64,000 bases of DNA from an uncultured delta proteobacterium. Lineage in GTDB: Bacteria; Myxococcota_A; Polyangia; Fen-1088. The stretch lies in NCBI GenBank assembly GCA_963737265.1, contig CAVTRY010000007.1:32001-96000 (forward strand), given 5' to 3'. The notes beneath the pieces were generated by a model that was given only the letters and a program-made list of their open reading frames with translations, made no database searches and was not told the DNA's origin. Each line of letters opens with the position of its first letter. Position 1 is the first letter of the stretch. The position numbers and the translations under genes were made by a program. Shown here one piece after another: positions 1-9,361 of this stretch.

Positions 1-155
1 CCGTCGTGGTTCTTTCCCAACATCCGCGTATCGACAAGGCCGGCTACGTCGCCCGCAAGCTCATCGCGGCCGAGCCGCTTCTCGAGCACGGGCTCGCGCT
101 CGCACTCACCCTGGTGGACGCCATCGCGCTGGGATCGGCGTTGGCGAAGGACTAG
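1..155 (+). CDS. 3' end of an unidentified CDS (partial)
   Basis: Open frame from base 3 (VVLSQHPRIDKAGYVARKLIAAEPLLEHGLALALTLVDAIALGSALAKD*) with GC-rich third positions, ending TAG at 153-155. Confidence 0.5.
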   Translation, partial: VVVLSQHPRIDKAGYVARKLIAAEPLLEHGLALALTLVDAIALGSALAKD

Positions 156-251
156 AGCACCGAACGGAGTCGAGTATTATCGCTCCTCGCGCCTTGGGCC
201 GCTCGCAACTTCTTGATTTCGCTCGGTCCGTCAGCCCGTTCGGTGCTCTAG
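152..251. mobile_element. MITE-like element with 16-bp perfect terminal inverted repeats, bounded by CTAG
   Basis: CTAGAGCACCGAACGG at 152-167 is the exact reverse complement of CCGTTCGGTGCTCTAG at 236-251; non-coding interior; lies between convergent stop codons. Confidence 0.55.
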
Positions 252-258
252 AACTAGG

Positions 259-762
259 CTAGCTGGCTAGCTGGCAGTAGCCCACGCCTGTGAACGGCAG
301 CAAAGGTTGACAGATTCCGCCAAGCACACAGGTTGTTGGATCGAGAAGGTCACAAAGGGTGAGGCAAAGCGCGACCGTCGAAGAGACACCGACGCAGGTC
401 AGCCCCTGCTCGCAGTCGTTGGGAAAAACGCACCGCCCTTCGGAGCTGACTGCACCCGCCGGTTGGCAACGGGCAACCCCGCTGATGGGATAACACGCGT
501 AGCCTGGACAGGCGCCGCAATTCTGTTTGAGAAGGTCGCAAGGAGGAGGGCAGGCGAGCGCTTGATCGGAGATCGAACCCGCAGCGGCCTCCCGCACGTC
601 CGCTAGGACGGCCACAGCTCCGTCGGGGACAACGATGCCAGACGGTTGCCCGCCTGGGATGGGGTTGCCGGAGTAAGGCAAGACCGGGCCGGACTGATCC
701 TGAGCGACGCAACTCGCGAGAGCGAGCGCGACCAGCGGGAGCAGGATGCGTCCACGATGCAT
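259..762 (-). CDS. Cys-rich putative lipoprotein
   Basis: MHRGRILLPLVALALASC lipobox-like signal; C-terminal Cys-rich repeats (CDLLKQNC..CYP..C..C..C) typical of myxobacterial secreted proteins; start re-assigned to ATG at 762. Confidence 0.7.
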   Translation of the reverse strand: MHRGRILLPLVALALASCVAQDQSGPVLPYSGNPIPGGQPSGIVVPDGAVAVLADVREAAAGSISDQALACPPPCDLLKQNCGACPGYACYPISGVARCQPAGAVSSEGRCVFPNDCEQGLTCVGVSSTVALCLTLCDLLDPTTCVLGGICQPLLPFTGVGYCQLAS

Positions 763-889
763 GGTTGGGTCCGGAACGGCCCGAACGAACGGTGCCTCTT
801 TCGACTGCAAGTATACATGGCACCGGCGCGAAATGCAGTGGGGACCCAACGTGCTTGCGCTAGGCCCGCTTCAGGATGAAGCTTCCACC

Positions 890-1501
890 ATGCGATCCCC
901 TGTGCGCGTCAGAACCCTCCGCCTGGTTCCGGTCGGCGCTGCGATGCTAGCTGCCGCGGTTTCATTCGGCGGCTGCCGCAAGATTCTGGGCAGCAGCGAC
1001 CAGACGTCGATGGGCGACATCGAAACCAACCTTGAGCAGCTGATCAGCGTGACGGCGACGGGCCTCGACCTGCAAGTGAGCCCGCGCTTTCTGACCTTCG
1101 GGCCTTTGCCGAGCGCCGCACCTTGGGACGCGCCCGTGCCGAGAACGCGGAGCTTCGAAGTCCAAGGGCGCAGGGTCAGCTTTAAGACCGGCAGCGATGG
1201 TCTCATCCGCGAGCGCTACGAGGCGCGCGCCTGTCCCTTGCGCGAAATTTGGAGCTGCGTAGAGCTCTGGGCCACGGGAAAATTCGGCAAGAATGGCCAG
1301 CTGGCTTGCGTGGGACTGCGGCTCCAAAAGGGTGGCACCATCGAAAAACGAAATCTCGACATGCGCGTGGCTGACAACTGCCCGTTTCTGAGCAGCGGCC
1401 CTGGCCCAGCCCAACAGGTCGTGCGTGGGCTCGAAAAAGCACAGCTTGAACACACGCAGCGACAAGAGGCGGACAAGTATCTCGATCCCAAGGCCGAGTA
1501 G
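890..1501 (+). CDS. Hypothetical lipoprotein
   Basis: MRSPVRVRTLRLVPVGAAMLAAAVSFGGC: basic N-terminus, hydrophobic stretch, GGC lipobox-like. Confidence 0.6.
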   Translation: MRSPVRVRTLRLVPVGAAMLAAAVSFGGCRKILGSSDQTSMGDIETNLEQLISVTATGLDLQVSPRFLTFGPLPSAAPWDAPVPRTRSFEVQGRRVSFKTGSDGLIRERYEARACPLREIWSCVELWATGKFGKNGQLACVGLRLQKGGTIEKRNLDMRVADNCPFLSSGPGPAQQVVRGLEKAQLEHTQRQEADKYLDPKAE

Positions 1502-1528
1502 CGCGTTCAGGAATCTGATTCGCCAGAT

Positions 1529-3361
1529 TTGGCTTGGTTCCCTGACCCTTTTTGGGTGTACTGCTGGGGCAGAACCTTGGACGAGCTAGACACCTCCACC
1601 GCGACACACAGGGCCAGCGCGACCGATCCGGCGAACGTGCCCGTGGGCGAAGCTGTCGAGGAATTGCGCCGGATTTTCCGACGCGGTCAGGATCACTGGC
1701 CAAAATGCGAGGACAAGCTGGCCGAGTTGCGCGAAAGGTGGCGCGCGCAACCCGAGCTTTTCTCGCCCGACGCGGTGGCTGCCTTGCGCGAGATGGCGCT
1801 GGCGTTGCGCGGTCAAACCGGCCGCGATCGACATCTAACCAAGGCGCGCGGCGTGCTCCAGGATGTTTTCGGCTATCGTTCCTTCCGACCAGGCCAGGAA
1901 GACATCATCGCCACGGTGCTGTCGGGTCGCGACTGCGTCGGGGTCATGCCCACTGGGGCCGGCAAGTCGCTGACCTACCAGATCCCGGCTCGCATTCTCG
2001 GCGGCACGACGCTAGTCATTTCGCCGCTCATCGCCCTGATGAAGGATCAGGTCGACGCCGTCAACGAGGTCGGCCTGCGCGCGACCTTTCTCAATTCCAG
2101 TCTGCCGCCCGACGAAAAACGCGATCGAGTGGCGCGCGTTCTGCGCGGCGAGTATGAGCTTATCTACGCAGCCCCCGAGGGCATCGATGCCTCGCTGGGG
2201 CCGCTTTTCAACCGCATCAAGCCGAGGCTGGTGGCGGTCGACGAAGCCCACTGCATCAGCCAGTGGGGCCACGACTTTCGCCCCGCCTATCGCAATCTGC
2301 TGGGGGTGAAGTCACGTTTCGGCAACCCGCCCGTGCTGGCGCTGACCGCCACCGCGACCGCCGAAGTCACGCGTGACATCGTCGAACAGCTATCAATGCG
2401 CGATCCGGCCTCGTTTCGCGGCAGCTTCTTCCGTCCCAACCTGCATTTGCACGCCTATCGCAAGGGCGATAGCGGTCCCGGCGTGCGCGAGCGCATCCTC
2501 CGCCTGGCGCGTGCCCGGCCGGGACAAAGCGGAATCATCTACTGCCTGTCCCGCAAATCGACCGAACAGACCGCGGACTATCTGCGCGAACACGGCGTGG
2601 CGGCCCTCGCCTACCACGCCGGCATGGAGGCCGACAAACGCACGCGCGTGCAGGACGCTTTTCGCTGCGACAAAGCCGACGTCGTCGTCGCCACCGTGGC
2701 CTTTGGCATGGGCATCGACAAGTCCAACGTCCGCTACGTAATCCATCGCGACATGCCCCGTTCCATCGAAGGCTACTACCAGGAAATCGGCCGCGCCGGC
2801 CGCGACGGCGTGGCCAGCGATTGCGTGCTTTTCTATTCGTGGGCCGATGTCATGGGCTACGATCGGCTGTTCGAATCCAACGGCGAATTGCCGAGAGATT
2901 TGGTCGCGCGCCACCGCGACCGCGTGCGCGAGATGTTCCGCCTGGCGGAAGGAAGCACGTGCCGGCACCAGGCCCTGGCCGCCTATTTCGGCGAGGCCAT
3001 CGCGGCCTGCGGTTCGTCCTGCTGCACGTGCGCGGGCTGGGACGTGGTGGCGAGCAGCCAACCCGTCGCGCGCAAGAGCAGGAAAGGCCGGCCGGGAGCA
3101 GCGCCACTGCCGACAGCGCCCGCCACGGCTGATCCCGCGAGCGACGAAGAATCCATGTTCCTAGCGCTTAAGGCCCTGCGCCGTCGCATCGCGGACGCCG
3201 CCAAGATGCCCGCCTACATCGTATTCAGCGACGCCACCCTGCTCGCCATGGCCGAGCGAAAGCCGAAAACCAAGAATGAATTGCTCGGCATCTCGGGCGT
3301 CGGTCCCCGCAAGCTCGCGGCCTACGGTGAGGCGTTTTTGGCGGTGTTACGGGACGGATAG
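1529..3361 (+). CDS. recQ: ATP-dependent DNA helicase RecQ with C-terminal HRDC domain
   Basis: [18 protein letters not shown] (Walker A), [39 protein letters not shown], Zn-binding CR..C..CC, HRDC ([11 protein letters not shown]); exact start uncertain. Confidence 0.93.
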   Translation: MAWFPDPFWVYCWGRTLDELDTSTATHRASATDPANVPVGEAVEELRRIFRRGQDHWPKCEDKLAELRERWRAQPELFSPDAVAALREMALALRGQTGRDRHLTKARGVLQDVFGYRSFRPGQEDIIATVLSGRDCVGVMPTGAGKSLTYQIPARILGGTTLVISPLIALMKDQVDAVNEVGLRATFLNSSLPPDEKRDRVARVLRGEYELIYAAPEGIDASLGPLFNRIKPRLVAVDEAHCISQWGHDFRPAYRNLLGVKSRFGNPPVLALTATATAEVTRDIVEQLSMRDPASFRGSFFRPNLHLHAYRKGDSGPGVRERILRLARARPGQSGIIYCLSRKSTEQTADYLREHGVAALAYHAGMEADKRTRVQDAFRCDKADVVVATVAFGMGIDKSNVRYVIHRDMPRSIEGYYQEIGRAGRDGVASDCVLFYSWADVMGYDRLFESNGELPRDLVARHRDRVREMFRLAEGSTCRHQALAAYFGEAIAACGSSCCTCAGWDVVASSQPVARKSRKGRPGAAPLPTAPATADPASDEESMFLALKALRRRIADAAKMPAYIVFSDATLLAMAERKPKTKNELLGISGVGPRKLAAYGEAFLAVLRDG

Positions 3362-3564
3362 CGGGCGGACGACAAACTGCATCCCCTACATTCGGCAGCC
3401 TACCAACAGAAACGCCCCAGCGCCTGGACAGCGAGAGGATGGTTTCATCGATCGCCGCCCGCGCGGGCCCCTTGCCCCAGGTTTTTCCGCCAAAATCCTT
3501 GCCGGGGCTGGCAAGATCGACTTAATTAACGCCGGGTGAGCGACGGCCGCTCGGAAAGAGCAAC

Positions 3565-5469
3565 ATGATTGCACTGGGCGTAGTCTCGGTATTGGTCGCC
3601 ACGACGTTTCCCGTCGCGATCCTACTCGTGCTCAACGCACGCAAGGATCGACCCGTCTGGCAAATCGCGATGGACGTCCCCGCGGCGATCGCCATCGATT
3701 TGAGCTTGGTACTGGTGCTGTCGCGGCTGTTCGTGCTGGACATAGCGTCCTGGGTGGCGAAGGCCGTGTGGCTGGTGGTCGCGATCGGGGTACTCGTCTA
3801 CCGCAAACGCACCGGCCGCAATATGCCGGCGTGGCCGACCGAGCTCAGTCTCCAGCTACTGCTGCGCGCCCTGTTGCTGGGGGCAATCGGGCTCGGCATC
3901 AGCCTCACCATGTCCCGCTCGTGTGCGATCTGGGACCGGCAGTTCCACATTCCGCTGACCGCCTCGCTGCGCGGACAGGTCGCGCCGTTCGTGAACGTGT
4001 ACGAGCCCTGGAAGACGCTGTTTTATCACTACGGTGGCGACCTATACGGCGCGAACATGCAGGCGTACTCCTTCGGCATCCTGCACGCCTCGCACACGCT
4101 ATCTTTGATTCACGATTGCTGTTTCTTTTGGCTGGGCGTGTGCGTGGCGCTAGTCCTGCACGGCGCGGGTCAGAGAAGATCCTTCGTTGCTGCGGCGGTG
4201 TTCTTGGCCATGTTGCTCAGCGGGCCGGTGACCATGCTGGACGGCAACAAGGCTCGGCCCTCTCCGTACTCGCTGGTGAATTTCATTTGCTTGAGCTTCC
4301 GTCCGCACGTGCCGCTGGCCATCCTGCTCAACTTGCCCTTCATCGCCTTGCCCTTAGTACGTTTAAAGGAACTCAGGCGCGAAGTCTCGCTGTACGACCT
4401 GTTGCTGCCGCTAGGCGCCTGCACCGGCATCTCGATGATCACCGACGAATTCTCGGTCGGTGCGCTCGGCCTGTCGCTGGGCGTCTTGTGGCTGATCCAG
4501 CCGCGTGTGTTCGGGCGGACCAGGAAGCAGGGCATCCTGTTGTTCGTGGGCCTCGCGCTGAGCATGGTGCTGGCGACGGTCCTGTTCAAAGGCACGTTGG
4601 CCCCAGGGGCTCCTCATTACCCGATCGGTCTTGTCGCGCCGCGCCTGCCCGGCTATTACCAGCCCTCGGTTCCGCTCACCGAGGTACGCGGGCGGTTCCT
4701 ATTCTTCACGGATCTGCTGCCGATCTTGGGCGTGTTCGCGGGCGGCTTGCTGATGTTGATTCGCACGCGCGACACCCAGTTCGTCGGCACCTTCGTCGCT
4801 TACGCCGCGCTGACGCTCGTCTCCGTGTTGTTGTTCACCACCCTCGTCTACAACGGCACCGGCCTACAGAACCATCGTTTCATCACCGTGCCCATGTTAT
4901 TCGGGCCGATGATCGCAAGCGTTTGGCTCTTGCCGCGCGCGAAGAATTCCTCACCTCTGAGCGGGTTCCCGGGCATCCTGATGATGGTCGCGATCGGCCT
5001 GGGTGCAGCTACCAGCTTCGAGTGGCTGGCCGGCGGGGATGCCTACGGCGGTTGCATCGACTCGGGGTTGGGCGGGCAGAAGTTCTACGACACCGACTGT
5101 CGCGCGGAGGTGGGCAGTCACTTGGTGACCCAGCGCACGGCGACGATGTACGTCGAGCCATCCTTGGTTTATCGCTTCGCCGGCTGTCGTCCGACCTACG
5201 TCGCAGGTCCGGTCCAGAACATGGACGGGCACGACCTGAAGCAGGGCATCGCACGCATGGGCCTCGATGCCTTGCGTGAAATCGACGGCGATCCGCGGTT
5301 CTTGGCTGCTGACGCATCCGTTGCGGTGGTCTGCCCGACCACAGGCAGCACTGACCGTGCTTGCCGGTTCTTGAAGAAGGCCGGGACCTGCTCGCCCTCC
5401 GGCACCCGTAGCGAGATGTGCACGATGACAGCGCAGCAGCGGCACGCCGTCCTCGGAAGCGCCGACTAG
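3565..5469 (+). CDS. Polytopic membrane protein, possible GT-C-fold transferase, with Cys-rich C-terminal domain
   Basis: More than 12 hydrophobic segments; loop WDRQFH...YHYG after the early TM helices; located in a glycosylation locus. Confidence 0.65.
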   Translation: MIALGVVSVLVATTFPVAILLVLNARKDRPVWQIAMDVPAAIAIDLSLVLVLSRLFVLDIASWVAKAVWLVVAIGVLVYRKRTGRNMPAWPTELSLQLLLRALLLGAIGLGISLTMSRSCAIWDRQFHIPLTASLRGQVAPFVNVYEPWKTLFYHYGGDLYGANMQAYSFGILHASHTLSLIHDCCFFWLGVCVALVLHGAGQRRSFVAAAVFLAMLLSGPVTMLDGNKARPSPYSLVNFICLSFRPHVPLAILLNLPFIALPLVRLKELRREVSLYDLLLPLGACTGISMITDEFSVGALGLSLGVLWLIQPRVFGRTRKQGILLFVGLALSMVLATVLFKGTLAPGAPHYPIGLVAPRLPGYYQPSVPLTEVRGRFLFFTDLLPILGVFAGGLLMLIRTRDTQFVGTFVAYAALTLVSVLLFTTLVYNGTGLQNHRFITVPMLFGPMIASVWLLPRAKNSSPLSGFPGILMMVAIGLGAATSFEWLAGGDAYGGCIDSGLGGQKFYDTDCRAEVGSHLVTQRTATMYVEPSLVYRFAGCRPTYVAGPVQNMDGHDLKQGIARMGLDALREIDGDPRFLAADASVAVVCPTTGSTDRACRFLKKAGTCSPSGTRSEMCTMTAQQRHAVLGSAD

Positions 5470-5470
5470 C

Positions 5471-6298
5471 CTAGGCCTTCTTCGGTTGAGACAGGGAAAT
5501 CACGGTGTTCCAGCAGTACCGTCCCAGCGCTGGCACGAGCGAGAGGACGGTTTGATCGATCTTCTTCAGGTGCTTGAACCACGGCTCGATCTTGGCGGCA
5601 TCGGTATAGATCTTTTTCCAGTAACGCTCGCGGTTTGGATTCACGCGATCCCAAAGATAGAACTTCAGAAAGACCGAGAGCGAGGCTAGCCAAAACTCCC
5701 GATGGTTGATTCCGCCGAAACTGCGCCCGAATCGTTCGATTTGTTTGAACGAAATCGGTACCTCGTCAGGGGTGCGCACTTCCTTGGCGATTTTTCGGTA
5801 GACGTTAATGATAGGGTTATAGGGCAGCGGTTCAATGAAACATCCAATGCCGCTCGGCCGTAGAATGCGCGCAAGCTCCGGAATGGCCGTGTCATGTGGC
5901 ACGTGGTGAAGCACGCCGTTCCCATAGATGCGGTCGAACTCCCCATCGTCCGCTGGAACACGATTTCCTGCTACCAATCGAGTCTCGATGGTCACGCCGT
6001 GCCGCTCGGCCAGGCGTTGGGCCAGATTCAACATGCCCGGTGAAACATCCGTCGCGACGACCTGTGCGCCCTGCTTGGCTAAATACACGCCCGCTTCGGC
6101 TGCGCCACAACCATAGTCGAGGACCCGCAGACCACGAATGTCGCCAAATACCTGCAACACATACTGGTTTTCGAGACCCGTGATGGACGTGAAAGTCTCG
6201 TCGACCAGTATCTCGTCCACGTCCACACTGTGCGCCCACACGTCATGAAAGCCAGCTTCGCGCTGACGACGAAGATCCTCTGGGGTTTCGATAGTCAC
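5471..6298 (-). CDS. Class I SAM-dependent methyltransferase
   Basis: VLDYGCGAAE motif I, TDVS, FDRIYGNGVLHH, RILRPSG; GTG start at 6298 inferred (ORF open to 6340). Confidence 0.88.
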   Translation of the reverse strand: MTIETPEDLRRQREAGFHDVWAHSVDVDEILVDETFTSITGLENQYVLQVFGDIRGLRVLDYGCGAAEAGVYLAKQGAQVVATDVSPGMLNLAQRLAERHGVTIETRLVAGNRVPADDGEFDRIYGNGVLHHVPHDTAIPELARILRPSGIGCFIEPLPYNPIINVYRKIAKEVRTPDEVPISFKQIERFGRSFGGINHREFWLASLSVFLKFYLWDRVNPNRERYWKKIYTDAAKIEPWFKHLKKIDQTVLSLVPALGRYCWNTVISLSQPKKA

Positions 6299-6508
6299 GA
6301 AGACATGATTACGCGAGTCGCGGCAGGCATGCAATCGCACGCTTGGCGGCGCAGCGCGCCGCTGTGCGACTGGACGTGTTTTACAGCGCCAACGGGCCTA
6401 ACCAATCCGACGCAAACGAGCGCTCCGTCATGCGGACCGTGAGTACGACGACAAGCTTTCGGCAGTCCGTGCGCAAATACTCGCACATGCTCAGCTGCCT
6501 TTGTGCAT

Positions 6509-8512
6509 TCAGCGGCGTCTGAACAGTGCGGCATAGTCGTTCTCGAACTCGACCTGCCACTTGGGGTCTGCGTGTAGCTCTTCGATGTAGCGATCCGTGG
6601 GCTCGATCATCGGCGGCAGCTTGTCCAAGATGATGTAGTTGGCGCGCTGCTCGGGCCCGTTCGACTGACCGAGGTACGGGTAAACGTAGGCCACGTCGTG
6701 ATCGGAGAGCTGTGGGTTGAGCAGCCAACTGGTCGAGACGATGGCGTCCGCTGGAACGCGGTGGATCGCTTCCCAGATCCCGCGCTCGCGCTTGCCGAAG
6801 GGCGGGACCTGCGAAAGGCAGCCGAGGTTGCCGTGGTAGCGGTACTCGTTCTCGCGCACCGGGTGATTGCCGTATTCCAGCTTGTACGTCTTGGACGCGA
6901 TGTTGCCGTACAGGATGTTGCAAGCGAGCGCCGCGCTGCCGACGAACAACAAAATCGGCAGTTGCCGCTGGCGGCCCCAGGCTTTGCGCACGCTCTTGGA
7001 AAGCAGCAGGGAGCGAATGCCCATCATGCCCATCAAGATCGCGGGCGGCGTGATGGGGGCGCCGTAATTGATGCCGTTCGAGTAGAAGTCCGGGTTTCCG
7101 CTGGCCAGCAGCAGGGGCAACGCGGGCAGCAAGAACCAAGCGGCGCGCCAGCCGAACAGCGCGACGAGGCCCATCGGAATGAACGACAGCCAGGCGTATT
7201 CAGTGCGCACCGGCGAGAGCATGGAGTCGAAGACGCCGAAGGGGTTCAAGAGTAGCACGCGGACGAAGCCATCTGGTCCCGACGAGTCGAAGAACAGCGA
7301 GAAGTGCCGGCCCATGCGCGGCTCGCCGCCGAAGGCCGGCATGAGCACGGCAGTCATCAGCACGTAGATCGCGCCGGACGCGACGACCGTGACGAGCCCG
7401 GCACGAAAGCGCACGCGATCGAACTTACCGAACAACCAGAACAGGCCCACTGCCGCCGCATAGATGCCCGTTTCCTCGCGGCAGATCGCCACCAACAGGG
7501 CCATCGCGATGGCCCAACGGGGCCTCTTAGCCTCCATGAAGCCGACCGCTAAGAGCATCAGCGGAATGGCGCAGATGTTGGCGTGAATGTCGTGCAGGCA
7601 GTAGCTCTGAACCTGCGGATTGAGTGCATAGGCGAAGGCCGCGAGCACCGCCAAGCCGCGATGCAGGAACCAACGCCGCCCCGCCATGTAGGCGCCAAAT
7701 ACTCCGCTGCCCATCAGGGCGGCCTGCAGCCAAAGGACTGTGCGCGGGTCCTTCCACAGCGCGTAGAACGGCGCATACAAGTAGTAGATGCCCGGTGCGT
7801 GCAGGTTGAAATACGGCGCGGGCAAATGCTTGCCTGGGTAATACGATTCGGCACCGGTCGAGATGGTGGGGATGCCGTGACGTAGGATGCCAGCGACGGC
7901 ATTCAGCTCCCACGAGTAGTCGTATGGGTGCGCGTAGAAAGCCGACGCGCGGCGATGCGAGAGAAAGCCGATCACGGCCACGAACAAGACGAACGAGCCG
8001 GAGACGAGTGCCCAAGCGATCCGCTTCGACGGCTCGGGCAACGTGAGTTTCCGGTCGCGCGCGAAGCACGCGCCGACGTACGCTACCGCCGCGGAAAGCA
8101 TCAGCACCGACACACCGGCCAAGAACGCGTGTTCGTACTCGAACACCGGCAAGCACAGCACCGGTAGGCCCACCGAAGCGACGGCGAGCCAATAGCCGTA
8201 GGGCGCGTGTTTGTAGGTCTCTTTCCGGATCTGCCGCAGCACCAAGATGATGTGCAGCCCGGCACCGACGAGCGCGGCCAAGAGCAGCTTGGCCGCGAGC
8301 CTGCGCGGTTCGGCTTGGGCCGAGCGAACGCCGCCGTCTTCCGCGCGCAGCACCAAATCGTAAACGAGTGGCAAGTAGCGCAGCTGCCAAAACGTGGACA
8401 GCGCGAAGCTCCAGCCGAGCACGATCAGGAGCGCAGGCGCCCACAAGCGCGAGATGGTCTCAGGCCAGGACAGCGTCGCGGCCGTGGCTGCGCCAGGCGT
8501 CGCCAGAGCCAC
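6509..8512 (-). CDS. DUF2079-like polytopic membrane protein (putative GT-C glycosyltransferase)
   Basis: YD...H...APFYALW...LQA, DIH, CREE motifs shared with the two upstream paralogs. Confidence 0.75.
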   Translation of the reverse strand: MALATPGAATAATLSWPETISRLWAPALLIVLGWSFALSTFWQLRYLPLVYDLVLRAEDGGVRSAQAEPRRLAAKLLLAALVGAGLHIILVLRQIRKETYKHAPYGYWLAVASVGLPVLCLPVFEYEHAFLAGVSVLMLSAAVAYVGACFARDRKLTLPEPSKRIAWALVSGSFVLFVAVIGFLSHRRASAFYAHPYDYSWELNAVAGILRHGIPTISTGAESYYPGKHLPAPYFNLHAPGIYYLYAPFYALWKDPRTVLWLQAALMGSGVFGAYMAGRRWFLHRGLAVLAAFAYALNPQVQSYCLHDIHANICAIPLMLLAVGFMEAKRPRWAIAMALLVAICREETGIYAAAVGLFWLFGKFDRVRFRAGLVTVVASGAIYVLMTAVLMPAFGGEPRMGRHFSLFFDSSGPDGFVRVLLLNPFGVFDSMLSPVRTEYAWLSFIPMGLVALFGWRAAWFLLPALPLLLASGNPDFYSNGINYGAPITPPAILMGMMGIRSLLLSKSVRKAWGRQRQLPILLFVGSAALACNILYGNIASKTYKLEYGNHPVRENEYRYHGNLGCLSQVPPFGKRERGIWEAIHRVPADAIVSTSWLLNPQLSDHDVAYVYPYLGQSNGPEQRANYIILDKLPPMIEPTDRYIEELHADPKWQVEFENDYAALFRRR

Positions 8513-8554
8513 GCCTTCGGCAGTCTTCGGCTCTCCGCTAGGTTCGGTTCGAGC

Positions 8555-9358
8555 TCATTCGGACTCCGAGAACACGAACACGTTGGCTTCGTCGTCGACG
8601 GCCCATGCAGCGGTACCGGTGACGGCAACATCCTGAACCGGATGCAGCTTGGGGAATTGATCGGGCCGGAACTTTTTCGGTCGCGGCAGCCGTTCCCACG
8701 CGCCGCTCTGTTGCAGACGAAACACATCCCCCGAGGCATCGACCGCGAACAGCCGCTGGTCCAGGCCCGACATGCGAGTGATATTGCTGGGCGAGCCGGC
8801 TACTGGCTGGCACGCACTGTCCGTGCCTCGATAGAGCCGCTGTCCGTCGCTCACCCAGATCTGGTCTTGTTCGTATGCAATGCTCAGCGCGCGCAACTCG
8901 GCGCACGGGCCCGGCGCGGGCCCGCTCGGGAGCAAGCGCGAGATGCGACCGTCGGCAACGGCATACAAGTCGCGCCCATCGGCGTCGGTCGCCAGTGCGG
9001 TCACTGGCGCAGCGAGTGTCCATTCCGGATTACCGACCTGGCCATGGTTGCCCTTACCGACGTGCCCCTCTGAATCCGCGTAAGCGAGCCCTTGCCGCGA
9101 TCCGACGATCACGCGCGGTCGTAGTCGACCGTTCCACTCGTGCCAGACGCTACCGAACTCCGGATAATTGTAGACGAGCCCGTTGGTTCCGATGGCGAGC
9201 AGCCCCATCGGTCCACCGGCGAGCCGCGTGACCTGCGCGTGGCCATGCGTCTCAATCCAACGCGGGCCATTCGAGCGGATGCTGCATGCCACCAGACTCA
9301 GCGCACACAGGCCCAGCCCAACCTTTCCATGCCCTCGTTCGAATCCAGCCCAGCACAT
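8555..9358 (-). CDS. Putative lipoprotein with beta-propeller-like repeats
   Basis: LSLVAC lipobox; repeated LYAVADG / IWVSDG / LFAVDASG / AWAVDDE strands. Confidence 0.6.
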   Translation of the reverse strand: MCWAGFERGHGKVGLGLCALSLVACSIRSNGPRWIETHGHAQVTRLAGGPMGLLAIGTNGLVYNYPEFGSVWHEWNGRLRPRVIVGSRQGLAYADSEGHVGKGNHGQVGNPEWTLAAPVTALATDADGRDLYAVADGRISRLLPSGPAPGPCAELRALSIAYEQDQIWVSDGQRLYRGTDSACQPVAGSPSNITRMSGLDQRLFAVDASGDVFRLQQSGAWERLPRPKKFRPDQFPKLHPVQDVAVTGTAAWAVDDEANVFVFSESE

Positions 9359-9361
9359 ATT

